Source: a virus (taxonomy: Duplodnaviria > Caudoviricetes). Taken from it: DNA of 63,806 nt. The notes under the pieces are model-generated. The model saw only the letters and a list, made by a program, of their open reading frames with translations, was not told the DNA's origin and ran no database searches. A program made the translations under genes and the position numbers. Shown here piece after piece: positions 63,563-63,806 of this stretch; the first letter of the stretch is position 1; the number at the start of each line of letters is the position of its first letter. The stretch spans positions 1-63,806 of IMG/VR virus record IMGVR_UViG_3300009136_000004. The stretch is one strand, 5' to 3'.

Positions 63563-63806
63563 GCACCTCCAGTCGGTTCAGTTCTACTAGGTAGCGCACG
63601 AGTCCGGGGATATCCTTGTCGTTGATGTACGGTGTCACGTACCCGCTCCACTCATACAAGTGAACGAAGGTCTGTATGACGATGCCGTCCTTGTCTTCCA
63701 CCTTGACACGGTATCCCTCCGGGTTGAAGCTCTGTTCAAACTCAATAGCGCAGTCATCCCACGTCAGCTCGCCGTACTGCGTGAGCTTCGGCTTCTCATA
63801 CGGCTT
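63534..63806 (-). CDS. 3' part of HAD phosphatase gene (repeat copy, truncated by window edge)
   Basis: Reads identical to 1310-1582. Confidence 0.8.
   Translation of the reverse strand, partial: KPYEKPKLTQYGELTWDDCAIEFEQSFNPEGYRVKVEDKDGIVIQTFVHLYEWSGYVTPYINDKDIPGLVRYLVELNRLEVRDGSVIREA

Larger units (their letters stand above)
62210..63806. repeat. Right copy of diverged terminal direct repeat
   Basis: Homologous to 1-1582. Confidence 0.95.

Noticed and set aside
1-63806. tRNA genes, integrase, introns/inteins, IS elements
   Set aside because: None recognised by eye; core genes have normal lengths. tRNAscan and HMM searches would be needed to exclude them fully.

Overview
The window is an apparently complete, ~62.2 kb, probably lytic dsDNA tailed phage genome; I found no integrase or repressor. 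Bases 1-1582 recur as a diverged copy at 62210-63806, which looks like circular assembly overlap through two strain alleles. There are three blocks. (1) A minus-strand replication operon wraps the contig ends: RHH regulator, primase-helicase, HAD phosphatase, cupin, sulfotransferase and small ORFs. (2) A plus-strand late block (4841-45617) has podovirus-like architecture: TerS, TerL, an ADP-ribosyltransferase, portal, GroES, scaffold, capsid, three large fibres, a lysis cassette, adaptor/nozzle and large internal/ejection proteins. (3) A minus-strand early/middle block (45893-61002) carries small early genes, an SSB-like protein, family A DNA polymerase, nucleases, SNF2 helicase and a five-gene thymine hypermodification cluster. 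The best candidates for new biology are: (a) the compact 5-hmU hypermodification cluster with an Nmad2-like gene and none of the tailoring enzymes of characterised pathways; (b) a short [FYWM]-x-x-G-G-x-V tag repeated about 19 times, only in putative virion-internal cargo proteins including the ADP-ribosyltransferase; (c) a structured ~470 nt non-coding early leader plus a long inverted repeat enclosing the first early gene. All protein assignments come from motif recognition by eye; no searches were run.
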